Assembly (NCBI GenBank): GCA_965235115.1
Contig: OZ249437.1
Location: 5,456,001 to 5,520,000, forward strand
Length of the DNA: 64,000 nt
From: Laetmonice hystrix
Lineage: Eukaryota
Reading direction: 5' to 3'
Shown here one piece after another: positions 19,606-31,739 of this stretch; the first letter of the stretch is position 1; every line of letters begins with the position of its first letter. Position numbers and translations under genes: made by a program. Under the pieces are notes generated by a model. The model searched no databases. It saw only the letters and a list, made by a program, of their open reading frames with translations, and was not told the DNA's origin.

Positions 19606-22600
19606 ATGAAACCACCGCCTGACAATCTAGTCAAAGGAAGGTCTGATGGAAACAGCTTGCCAGGGCTTGCTGCTCGAACACTAAGGCTGGCCCCAGATGG
19701 GTTTGATAGCCTGTCTTTTAGGTCGTCGACTCCTGTGCCTGTGGAAAGGGCATCTGTCCGAGGCTCCAACCGCAACCTAAATCAATGTCAAAGAACGCCA
19801 CCAACTCCAGGTGCCACATGTCAAGCTCTCAAACGTGCTGTCTCAAATTTGTTTCGACTGGACGATTTCAGAAGGGAATCTTTGGGAACTGGATTTTTCT
19901 CAGAAGTGTATAAGGTAAGGGCCCCTTTGCACACACGGAGATCGTTGGGTGACCATTGAGCGTTCAAAAATTGGCCCAATGATCTCTCAAATGTTTGTAA
20001 GATCCTTGTGCGCTTGTGCGATCAAAAATTCAATTTTCGCCAACTTTCATGGTGATCTATAGAGATCTTTGAGAAACCTTGGCGATCATTGAGCGCTCAT
20101 TGAAAGATCCTTGAGAGATCAATGGAGACTAAAGGCCGGAACCCACTATGCGATTTTGACCTTACGATTCATGTCGTGACCATTTGTCGCATAATGGGTT
20201 CCAGTGCCACTTACGATTCCAGATCGCAGGCCCTGCGATTTCAGATCAAACATGTTTGATATTTTGTCGCAGGCTCATACGATTTTAAAATCGTAGAGCC
20301 TGCGATGTGAAATCGCATAGTGGGTTCCCGGCTTAAGCCTCTTGCAGCGACCATTGGGAGTTTGCTGAGCGCTCATTGTGCGACAAAGAGAGATCTATGA
20401 AGATCGCTGAGCGATGGGTGCGACCAAGAAAGATCACTGAGAGAACTACGGAGAACACTGAGAGACCAGGGCCCAGTTTGTAAAAACTTAAGAGCTTGCT
20501 TAATCTTAAGCTTAAGGCTTCTGATTGGCTGGTCTGCTTAGACCAGCAAATCTGAAGCGGTAAGCTTAAGGTCATGTGCAGCACCTATCAAATCTGGCAC
20601 CATATCTCGCCATGGTAACCAATGTATCCAACCCAAACCCATGACATATCAATATCATTTCTCGAAATACAAAGAACAAGTATGGTATTGTTGATTTAAA
20701 AAATGTTAAGATATACATGTATATGTATGCCCCGCCCCCCCCCCCCCTGCAAAAATTCCTGGATCCGCACCTGCTTGGGTTTACCTTGGTGGCCCCCAGT
20801 TTAGTGTTAGGTGCATTCAAATTAAGAGTAACATGCATTTTCTATAGATAGCCCACACAAAAGTGAGCATGGTGATATATATTTTTCCCTTTTTAAAATC
20901 AGAAACTCTTGTTCTTTCTATCTAAATACGTAAATAGTAATATTGATACTGTAATGGGTTTGACTTAGTGTCTAAGTGGTTTCACATGACCTTAAGCAAG
21001 GTTTTAAGTTTTTACAACTTGGGCCCAGGAGAGATCGCTGAGGGATCATTGAGAGTTCCTTGGGCGACCAAGGAGGTTGTTGAGCGAAAATTGATCTCTC
21101 TGCTATGGTCTTTCAATGAAATCTAATGGTCTTTCATTGAACACTCATCGATTCCTCTCTGACCTCTCAGCCATCTCTACCTTCAGGTTGGAAAAATTTG
21201 GCTTTCATTGAAAAATCGCTGAGAGATCATTGGGAGATCGATGAGATCCTGGAGTGTTCCTAGAGCGTTCGGCAAGAGCGTTCATTGAGAGATCGCTTTC
21301 CTTGGCGATCGTCTCAAGAGATTGTTTGGGACTGAGTCAAAACTTTGAGGAGACCATGGAGATCAGTGGAAGATCATTTAGAGATCTTGGCGATCACTGA
21401 GCGCTCATTGGAAAATCGTCGAGAGATCTCGGCACTTCGTTATTGCTCAGCGATCTCTCAGCGATCGCCACCCCTGTGTAAAGGGGGTATTATTATAAGT
21501 GAGTTCTGTACTGCGCATGTGTAAATGGAACTGGCTTCCTTTCAAAAGGTATCTACAAGGAAAACAAAATGCTCTAATTAAATTTAAGGTATCATCTCAC
21601 CCGCCTGATAGGTCGGAATCTTCAGATTTATGCTCACCTCCCCACCAGTGACATACTCTATGGTACTGAATGTTTTTCACATTTATTCTGTTAACACCTC
21701 CTATGAGTAGATAGCTATGAAATTATCCCTAGTGGTGGAAAAGTGAAAAAAACTAGCTGGAGTGCCGCTGTTTTGGCATGTTGCCGAATCGTTTGAACGT
21801 TCTGTTGTTTTGGTGTAGATTCGAAATCTATTTTCGCTAGTGCAAATAATTTGCATAGCAAAAACATAGACGAAGGTCCCGGAAGCTAAGTAGGTCATTT
21901 TCAGTGACTGAAATAAGATTTGGCGACTTTTTGAATGTATTTTACATAATACCCGCAAAGTTCACATTCGAAAGGTAAGGGAGCTTTGGATCATATTGGA
22001 GACCCCCAATGCAGACATATTTTTTGTGAAACACTACATATGACTCGAAATTTCTAAGATATTCCCTTTCAAATTCATTGAATGGATCGAATAACAGAAA
22101 TTACGCACTGAAAGGGTTAAGTTTCTCTGAGGGCCTAATTATCATCAGCCGAAGCGACAGTCACCAACCATAGTGTTACTAGTAAGACAGTTATCACAGG
22201 ATGTTGCTAGGATATCACCATTTGGGGATGTCACCGTTTGGGGAGTGACATTCTTCATAATAATCCACTGGGTACATCTATGGGAAAGTACTCGATCCAA
22301 TGTGCCACATGACTGAACTGCTATATTTCAGGTGACGCACAAGGTCACAGGGAAAATTATGGTGCTTAAAATGAACACATCGTTAAGCAACCGGCCAAAC
22401 ATGCTACAAGAGGTCCAGCTCATGAACCGTCTGGCACATCCAAATATTTTAAGGTAAGTGAAAACGTTAGTCCACTCTTCTAAATGTTCTTTTTTTTACA
22501 TTTTTTTAAGCCATCAGTACAGGAAGGTCCCTGTCCAGAGTGGCTGAGCCACTCCCTGACATACTCCCCCCCCCCCCCCTGCAAAGTTTACCAAATTGTA

Positions 22601-25600
22601 CATGTATACCAGGGGTGGCATTTGGAGTCGACCGGTCGACCGAGGCGACAGAATTCGAGCTCGGGCGACTAGACATTCACAAAACACATGCCCGGTTGGC
22701 GAGTAGCATATTCTGGAGATAGGCCTGACTGGGATTAATTAATTGCAAAACAGACCCGGGCATCAGACGTTTCCATCATGTGGGCTAATAATTTTTCATC
22801 CGGGCTAGTTGATTTTTTGCTTTACTAGCCCGGCTGTCTAGTTCCTAAAAACTTTAATTTCCACCCCTGTATACATACCGGGGCGATTCTAAATCACTTT
22901 ATGAATAAGCAGCTAAGAGCTTGCTTAAGCAAAGCTTAACTCAGCTTTAAAAATAACGTCAGATTTAAAAGCACTAGTCATCTGAATGGCTTTTTGAACT
23001 TTTTTTTGATACTTTTGATAGTTTCAGAAATAAAGTGGGGAACTATCTGTTGGGATCAAAATTATGACTTCCAAAACTTGTCCCCAAGTTCCTGCCACGT
23101 CTACCTTACCATGTGCGTTTTGTTGATGTCGCGTGATAGGCAGCTTTCTGGTGTATCAGCAATCCACTTGTTTTGTATTGTTGGTTCAGTTGGGCTGCCA
23201 TAACAGAATTCAGCACAAGTTTTGCCCATTTACAGATGAAAATTGTGTGAATCTCGCCAAGAGGGGCATGAGATATATTTATTTGGCTCAATAGCTGCCA
23301 GGGATGGCCACCTACACTTTGGAAGCATCTAGGTTATGTGTGGTGCTCTCTCAGATCCTGCAGGATGGAAACAGTGTTAAAGGTCAGGGCCGTAAATTGT
23401 ATTTAGGCAGCCGAGGCCGCTGCCTCGGCTAAATTTCCAACATTTTTAGCCATACAAAATTGAAAAGAATTCTGGGGGCGGCCCCCAATTGCCGGCCACA
23501 TGGAATGTGCATAATAAAATACTAAATGGCTGAAAAAAATCAATGTTTTTACCTCACAAGGGAGAACAGTTGTCGCAATGCATCTGGCAGTGTGCCAACT
23601 GAGCTAGGACACTGGCCTCAATTCGATTTTGGCAGGGCCAGAGAGGGGACCCGGCAGGGGCGGGGGGAGAGGGGGGTGTCAATGGCAAACCAAACAGATA
23701 AGTTGGGAAAACATTGTTTTCCCTCAGAAAAACCATGCTTTCCCTAGGGAAAATATTGTTTCCTGTGGGAAACCCAGGTTTCCATCGGGAAACCATGGTT
23801 CCCGAAGTCAAATTTCATGAATTCATTTAACCTAAAAATTTTACTTTTGATGTCTTTCAGATTTATGGGCGTCTGTGTTCATGAGGGCCAACTGCAGGCC
23901 CTGACAGAGGTGAGAGAATTTCATTTTCCACACTTTGACCACTGTTGTCTGTGTTCATGAGGGCCAACTGCAGGCCCTGACAGAGGTGAGAGAATTTCAT
24001 TTTCCACACTTTGACCACTGTTGTCTGTGTTCATGAGGGCCAACTGCAGGCCCTGACAGAGGTGAGAGAATTTCATTTTCCACACTTTGACCACTGTTGT
24101 CTGTGTTCATGAGGGCCAACTGCAGGCCCTGACAGAGGTGAGAGAATTTCATTTTCCACACATTGACCACTGTTGTCCGTGTTCATGAGGGCCAACTGCA
24201 GGCCCTGACAGAGGTGAGAGAATTTCATTTTCCACACTTTGACCACTGTTGTCTGTGTTCATGAGGGCCAACTGCAGGCCCTGACAGAGGTGAGAGAATT
24301 TCATTTTCCACACTTTGACCACTGTTGTCTGTGTTCATGAGGGCCAACTGCAGGCCCTGACAGAGGTGAGAGAATTTAATTTTCAATACATTGACCACTG
24401 CTTAGCATTGCGACGGCCATAGGGAATTGCGGTTGTCAACTTCAACTTGTGATTTCTGTGTAATTGTGCTGCTCTTAGTAATGGGCGTTCCCAGATATAT
24501 ATGTATCAACCTGTTTTACGTTTGAATAAAAAAAATTTACACATAAAAAGTCAAAATTCTTTTAAAAAGACTAGGCCAATAACCACCCAATATGAATGAT
24601 GGACGAAGTCTTAGTCAATTTTAAAGTTTCTTTTATGTATCATACTCTCAGATGGACTGTATCCCAAAGATACATAGAAAGCATAGTTACTATGCACTTA
24701 GATAATTAGTGCCTAGTGCCTACCCGGTTGGGGGCTGTGACTTAGATGGGGTCTTGTTACTAAAAACATTTAGTGTAGATGAAAAACGATAATGATGTTA
24801 AACCAGAGTCCCTCTGCTATTCCAGTATATAAATGGAGGATCCCTGGAACAGATGCTTGCATCAGATGTTTCTCTTCCATGGACAATTCGGATTAAGTTT
24901 GCTTGTGACATCTCTCGAGGGATTCGCTACCTTCACAGCAAAGGCATATTCCACAGAGACCTCACATCAAAGGTTTGTTCTAATGTTTAGCGTTTTTTTT
25001 AAATTTGCTAAATTATTTGGATTTGGTCCCTTGGTTTCCAAGTGTTTGTGGTATTTAAGTGTAAGTCAACTGAAATCATCTAGAGTTAAAACAACTAAAA
25101 GATAATTACAGCATGAGTGTGGTTTTGGACTGAAGCTCCAGAAGTTGTGTATGACGGAGAGCAGTATTTGGTGTAGTGGTTGTACAATGTGAAAAGATGC
25201 AGTGTTGCAAACAGTGGTGCATTATTTTTGTTTCAGAATGTTCTGATAAAGATAGAGGCTGAGAATGAGTACTCCGCAGTTGTTGGTGACTTTGGATTAG
25301 CAGTCAAGATTCCTGATCCATTGTAAGTACCGGTATATATATGAGCAAAATATAGGCATTAGTTAATTAGGCCTAACAAACAAATTTTGTTTGTTTCCGG
25401 TTTGTGGCCCCCCAAAAATAGGGTCGATAGGTGACAGATTTATGAGTATTTATGAGTATATCTTTTTATTTTCAAATGATACTTTTATTTATCATGTGTT
25501 GAACTTGATACATGTATATCATAACAGTGAAAGACCAGCTTGCATAATTTGTCTTCACAAAGTGGTAATATAGAATTTTAATGAACAGTGACAAAACAAC

Positions 25601-28516
25601 TCAGCTTCCCATCGCGGGATCACCTTACTGGATGGCACCTGAATGCCTAACAGGCAGCTGGTATAATGAGAGGGCTGATATTTTCTCATATGGCATCATA
25701 CTTTGTGAAATTATTGCACGGATCGAGGCTGATCCAGATATCCTACCCCGGACTGAGGTAAGTGTACACTCTATACTGTCACCAGGGCCAGGTTCCTGTA
25801 AATTCTGATGAGTTCTTTCACCCAGTAAAAGAGGCAGTGTAGCGCCCTAATGTACTCTGTAACAATATTGGGGTCTGCTACACTGAATAAGGCTGACAAG
25901 AAGTAATTAAATGCCAGTTTTGCAGTATTTAAAAAATTTAGTCAAGGATAACTGGAGAAAAGGTCAGCCTCTTGACTGGGCTTGTTTTTTAAAAGTAAAA
26001 ATCATTGTGGAGTTGTTAGCTTGTTAGATCTCAAAGACAGCCAGTATTTCTGTGAATCCTTTGAGTACAGGTACCGGGTATGTGATTCACAGTGCATTTT
26101 AAATTGTGGATAGATAGACACTAAATTCTCAAAATAAGGCAGACTTCCTTACCAATTTTTAAAGAAAGTATTTAATTGTTTTCCAGAAATTTGGCCTAGA
26201 TTATGTAGCCTTCAGCAAGCTGGTTGATGACTGTCCTCTAAATTTCCTCCACTTAGCATTTGGCTGTTGTCAGGTAAGTTTATAAAGTGAACATGGTAGG
26301 CATATTGTCTACATTAGTGCAAGGAGTAGATTAACACTGCTAATTTTACTTCTTTCAAGTGTGTTTCTGTGCATTCCATTGTAATAATGTCATGTACAAA
26401 GAGGTAAGACTCATCATTTCCAAGGCAGAGAACTTTGATGTCCCCTTTCAGCCATGTGTTTTTTTGTTGCATTACAACATTAAGCCGACTTTCTATTCGT
26501 GGGCTGGTATTTACTTGCCCCATGCCCAACGGCCAATTCACAGGGTGACCCATTTGACCTTTGGAATGGTTGTATATCATAGCCTACCCAAAATACATGG
26601 CCGCCAGCTTGGATGTAAACACATTTCAAGCAATAACTCGGACACAATGATATCCTTCAAACATTGTGCAGATAAGATAAGAGGCATCTCGGGGGGGGGG
26701 GGGCGCCTCGGTGGGTCAGTATCTGGCGTGTGACCACATGACCTCTCATGTCTGAGATCGAATCCCCTTCGTGTCGGACTTCGCAAATTGTATGAAAATA
26801 ATCTTCGTTTCTAGGATGTGACCTGTCGCATTCATGCATGTATTATTAGCACAAACAGTTCACTTCAGTTATGTTTAAAAGATTCTTCCCATTTTCAGAT
26901 AGATCCTAAAAAGAGACCAACGATGACAGAAATTGTGAACACATTGGAGGAAATAAAATCTCGTTCACAAATGGCCATTGTCCTTGCTGATATATCTAGC
27001 CTCAATCTACCAACAAGTGATGTCATCAATAAAAGTCTACTGGAAAAGATTCTGGGTAAGATATACTGTCAATTATAATTGGGGGAGGTAGATTTCTTTG
27101 TGCTTCTTGCTTGTAGGATTTACAGATGTTTTTGCAAAATGAAAGTTGAATATGCTGGCTAAAATAACCATGGATAACACCTTGACCTTCACCTTACTTA
27201 TGGACCTGATCCACTTGCGTTGCAATGACCTTATGGTTATGTGGATTCTGATTTTTAGCTCTACTGGCTGGAAGTACGTGGGGTACAGTTTGATTTACAC
27301 AGAACATCAAGGATGTCCTGATTAAAGATGATTAATATAACAAAAAAAATGCATTTTGATACAGCTTTCGTTATATTTCCATGTTATTTTTCTTAATCCA
27401 AAAGGTCACAGACGGAGTCGTTGGGATGAGGGTCTCCAGTTGGTTACTGTCAAGATGGCACCGATGAATGACAGCTTCGATGAGAGTTCAGCAAGATTGC
27501 AGGTTGAGAGGCATAAACCGACTGTAATCCCGGTCAATGCTCATGTGGTCGGTAAGGTGATGAGCCAGGATGATCTCTTCTACACACCACACAAGAGTAA
27601 TCCATTCACGAGTCGTTACAAGAGCTGTGCAAAAATACTGGGCAGGGACAGCTCGGCTATGGATTTACCTTTACCATTGCCATTTACTCCGCCATGCACG
27701 CCACTCAATCCAGTCCAAGGCCGTCCAGTTCGGACACAGTTACGACGATCCAAGTCGCTACCAGAAGCTCTGACTTCTGTTTTGGATAATTTGCAAGAAA
27801 GTCAGTTACCAAGAAGGGCTCCCAATACTTTGAATCAGCTAAACTCTATAGCGAAGCCAGAGAATGAAGCTATGCATGACAGTTTTGATGTGCGTAGTGA
27901 GTGTAGCATCAGCAGTGACAGTGCTGTTGAGATACATTCTCGGGATCTGATTGCAGTGTCAAGTCCATATTTACAGATAAAAAAAGGTAGTGGAGACCCA
28001 TCAGTGTGGGAAAGCCAGGGTCATTATAGTATGGATCCTATGTCCCCTTCTATGGAATCCCACTCAGCACTACATGGATGGTTGCCTCCGTTACGGACAC
28101 CAAATCGCCATTTGCAGTTTTCAGTGTCAGGACTGGAAGATGTGCCGGATGTAGTGCCCTGCTCATTTAGTTCATCTGAATCTTTCATGTCAGTGGACGA
28201 GTCGAGCCTCCTGTCACCCACTGGGTCCTTATCAAGTTACAGTGAGTCAGACTCGGTCGTTTGGCGTAGCCGGTTCAATTTTGAATCGTATGAATCGCGT
28301 TTGCGGTCAAGAGAACGTTTTCAGGAATTGGTACAAAGGTGGGAGGCCAAACAGGCAGCTGGGGGAGAAGGTCCTCCAGTTGAGCCCCCTGCAGAGCCGC
28401 GGCCATTGCAGGGTATTAAAGAACGGAATGACCCAAGTGAACTTCAGATGGAAAAACGCTTTAAGGAGCTTTGCCAAAAGTGGGAAGATAAAAACATTGA
28501 GACACCACCAACCTGA
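19606..28516 (+). CDS. TESK: TESK (testis-specific kinase, LIMK/TESK/Cdi family), ~745 aa; exons 19606-19914, 22332-22453, 23861-23909, 24826-24972, 25237-25322, 25589-25757, 26187-26273, 26899-27055, 27405-28516
   Basis: Spliced kinase domain [18 protein letters not shown]|[29 protein letters not shown]|[16 protein letters not shown]|[16 protein letters not shown]|[13 protein letters not shown]..|[37 protein letters not shown]|KFGLDY..|IDPKKRP matches TESK1/2. There is no LIM/PDZ domain, and the tail carries RSKSLP, like the TESK 14-3-3 site. Phases are consistent. Confidence 0.96.
20133..20333. mobile_element. Nested Harbinger-type MITE (201 bp)
   Basis: ~24-bp TIR ..CCGG(G)AACCCACTATGCGATTT with TAA TSD (20130-20132, 20334-20336). 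Confidence 0.85.
20470..21025. mobile_element. Nested Harbinger-type MITE with CAG TSD
   Basis: ~34-bp imperfect TIR GGCCCA(G/A)(T/G)TTGTAAAAACTTAA..CTTGCTTAA with CAG on both flanks. Confidence 0.8.
22610..22869. mobile_element. CAG-terminal MITE with 5-bp TSD TATAC
   Basis: TIR CAGGGGTGG / CCACCCCTG with TATAC immediately on both flanks. Confidence 0.65.
23871..24400 (+). repeat. 76-bp minisatellite x7 spanning the TESK exon 3 / intron 3 junction
   Basis: Unit GTCTGTGTTCATGAGGGCCAACTGCAGGCCCTGACAGAG|GTGAGAGAATTTCATTTTCCACACTTTGACCACTGTT starts at 23871, 23947, 24023, 24099, 24175, 24251 and 24327. Confidence 0.97.
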
Positions 28517-30060
28517 AACAGAAAGTTCCTACGACTAATGACGCAACTTCAGCACATGTGATAATTGCCACCAAAAACTTATGAGGCTAATAATTCACGT
28601 TGTCTAGGCAGCTTGGGATGCACGAGTGACATTCTCTGTTTGAACATGTATTAAAAATCTTGCCAATATCAGTGGTTGGAGAAAGGTAAAGTGGTACGAC
28701 GGGTGTCCCATAGTATCCGGCCCCACCCGGAAAGTAACTCCTGGTCCCTATAATAATATACATGTAGTTCTGTCCCATCTACACCAACCTTTTTAATGAT
28801 CAACTGACTATGTAATATCATTATTCTATCATATATAAGTTAATATATCGTGTTAGTTTATCTCAAGTACCCAACTCATTTTTTTTAAATGGAGAAAAAA
28901 GAATTCAGAGCAGGTATTGGGTATCTGCATATCAAAAACCTGCCACCAAAGCAATTCCAATAAGATATGTCACAGATATTACGTGTAGAAGCAGTCTGGC
29001 CCATCGGACTTCGATCCGTTTCTTCAACTCAAAATTCATCTGAGACGGGCGAACAAGTAAGTGATGCTGTGGTGGCCTTTAAGGGGTGTGTGACGTATCC
29101 TGGTTTGAGGAGATGGCAATGAAGCTTGAGAACCGGTGGGAGTAGTGCAGTCAAGGCGGGTTATGTAGAAAACCACGACTAGTTTCTATACCGATGTCTA
29201 CCATGGTGAGGCCGGAAACTTTCAGGACACCCCCCGTATTGCCTTGAGACAACTTGCTCCTTGTTGGTGGTCTGTGATAAGAAGATGGTTTGGGGATATG
29301 GTGCCCCAGAAGGACAATGGTGAATGTTCTGTATACTTAAGAATGCTAAACTCTCAATTGTTAAAAAAATTAACCACATGTAAACCGCAATATATACATA
29401 AGATGTACACGAAGAACCATACCGGGTAAGATTGTTAATAAATACTATACTCAGGATTGTGCTTTAATTCTTTGTATATCATCGAGGCAGGGGGGGGGGG
29501 TCCCGTTTCTTTTGTGTTTTGAGATAATCTCGTTTGACATATTGGCTGAATTTGAGACAGACACATATGCCCATATATGGCACAAACAGATTTGTCACTG
29601 ATACAGTTTCAACCTCCTGCGAGATATACACGCCCACAAACTTAACATATACATGTATGGTGCACAAATATGATATACTTAATGTATAGCTTGCAAATAA
29701 AGGCAATATAATGTCCTATTATAACTAAAATAAATATATACCAAATGGCAAAAAAAAACATTTATGGCCCACAAATATTTGTCGCTCAAATCACTCCCAT
29801 ATATACCTAGGGCTAGGCTACGGCCTACAAGACTGTGTGTTGGGGTTTTGCTCGTAAAAGTTGCCAGTGTATCGATGAGGTAAAGCAGGAGTCCAAGTCC
29901 GGGTAAGAAGTTTTAAGGTTTATTCCATCGGAGCCATATCTGGAGCCCCTCCTGTCCTCACCTGCCGCACCCCCGGCCCACCCCTACCGCTGTCACCCCC
30001 ATAGGTGGCCGCTAGGAGGCGCCAGTGCCGGAGGGTCGGCCGAGAACCTGGCCCGACCGC

Positions 30061-31580
30061 CTTCGCCGGTCACCGCCAGGAGGGGCGAGTCCGAGAAGTC
30101 ACCTGAGGACATGGACTGGCTACCTCCGCCGGTCACCGCCAGGAGGGGCGAGTCCGAGATGTCACCCGTGAGGACATGGACTGGCTACCTCCGCCGGTCA
30201 CCGCCAGGAGGGGCGAGTCCGAGAGTCACCTGAGGACATGGACTGGCTACCTCCGCCGGTCACCGCCAGGAGGGGCGAGTCCGAGAAGTCACCTGAGGAC
30301 ATGGACTGGCTACCTCCGCCGGTCACCGCCAGGAGAGGCGAGTCCGAGAAGTCACCTGAGGACATGGACTGGCTACCTCCGCCGGTCACCGCCAGGAGGG
30401 GCGAGTCCGAGATGTCACCCGTGAGGACATGGACTGGCTACCTCCGCCGGTCACCGCCAGGAGGGGCGAGTCCGAGATGTCACCCGTGAGGACATGGACT
30501 GGCTACCTCCGCCGGTCACCGCCAGGAGGGGCGAGTCCGAGATGTCACCCGTGAGGACATGGACTGGCTACCTCCGCCGGTCACCGCCAGGAGGAGCGAG
30601 TCCGAGAAGTCACCTGAGGACATGGACTGGCTACCTCCGCCGGTCACCGCCAGGAAGGGCGAGTCCGAGATGTCACCGCCATGAGGGGCGAGTCCGAGAA
30701 GTCACCTGAGGACATGGACTGGCTACCTCCGCCGGTCACCGCCAGGAAGGGCGAGTCCGAAATGTCACCCGAGGACATGGACTGGCTACCTCCGCCGGTC
30801 ACCGCCAGGAGGGGCGAGTCCGAGAAGTCACCTGAGGACATGGACTGGCTACCTCCGCCGGTCACCGCCAGGAGGAGCGAGTCCGAGAAGTCACCTGAGG
30901 ACATGGACTGGCTACCTCCGCCGGTCACCGCCAGGAGGGGCGAGTCCGAGAAGTCACCTGAGGACATGGACTGGCTACCTTCGCCGGTCACCGCCAGGAG
31001 GGGCGAGTCCGAGAAGTCACCAGAGGACATGGACTGGCTACCTCCGCCGGTCACCGCCAGGAGGGGCGAGTCCGAGAGTCACCTGAGGACATGGACTGGC
31101 TACCTCCGCCGGTTCCCGCCAGGAGGGGCGAGTCCGAGAAGTCACCTGAGGACATGGACTGGCTACCTCCGCCGGTCATCGCCAGGAGGAGCGATATCGA
31201 GTCCGAGAAGTCACCTGAGGACATGGACTGGCTACCTCCGCCGGTCACCGCCAGGAGGGGCGAGTCCGAGAAGTCACACGGTCTGAGGACATGGACTGGC
31301 TACCTCCACCGGTCACCGCCAGGAGGGGCGAGTCCGAGAAGTCACCTGAGGACATGGACTGGCTACCTCCGCCGGTCACCGCCAGGAGGAGCGAGTCCGA
31401 GAAGTCACCAGAGGACATGGACTGGCTACCTCCGCCTGTCACCGCCAGGAGGGGCGAGTCCGAGAGTCACCTGAGGACATGGACTGGCTATCTCCGCCGG
31501 TCACCGCCAGGAGGAGCGAGTCCGAGATGTCACCTGAGGACATGGACTGGCTACCTCCACCGGTCACCGCCAGGAGGGGC
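30061..31580. repeat. GC-rich 63-bp minisatellite, ~24 copies (61/63/65-bp variants)
   Basis: Unit GCCGGTCACCGCCAGGAGGGGCGAGTCCGAGAAGTCACCTGAGGACATGGACTGGCTACCTCC. Indel variants shift the MDWLPPPVTARRGESEKSPED reading frame. Confidence 0.97.
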
Positions 31581-31679
31581 AAGTGTAGGGAGTCAGCCGA
31601 GGTCATGGAGGGGGTGCAGAACAGTCGAAGCAGGTTAATTTACGCAGCCGCCACCAGATGTCGGGGCATTATGATCAGC

Positions 31680-31739
31680 TCACTCGCTAGGTGACTCTGT
31701 GGTCGACGAGAGTCGACCACAGAGCCACCTAGCGAGTGA
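31680..31739. repeat. Near-perfect 28-bp inverted repeat (hairpin) with 4-nt loop
   Basis: TCACTCGCTAGGTGACTCTGTGGTCGAC-GAGA-GTCGACCACAGAGCCACCTAGCGAGTGA, with one mismatch. A single arm recurs at 50048-50075. Confidence 0.9.

Larger units (their letters stand above)
19920..21488. mobile_element. Harbinger-like non-autonomous element starting at about +6 of TESK intron 1, hosting two nested MITEs
   Basis: Imperfect TIR GGCCCCTTTGCACA / TGTGTAAAGGGGGT; interior rich in GAGATC/GCGATC degenerate repeats. TSD ambiguous. Confidence 0.6.

Noticed and set aside
27100-27150. Extra TESK exon after CTTGTAG
   Set aside because: It hits a stop after 8 codons with no donor; a truncated terminal exon is possible but unsupported.
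30061-31580. Repeat-encoded protein (MDWLPPPVTARRGESEKSPED)n or CRISPR array
   Set aside because: Frequent 2-nt indels shift frame, there are no splice links to neighbouring genes, and there are no unique spacers. The context is eukaryotic with no cas genes.
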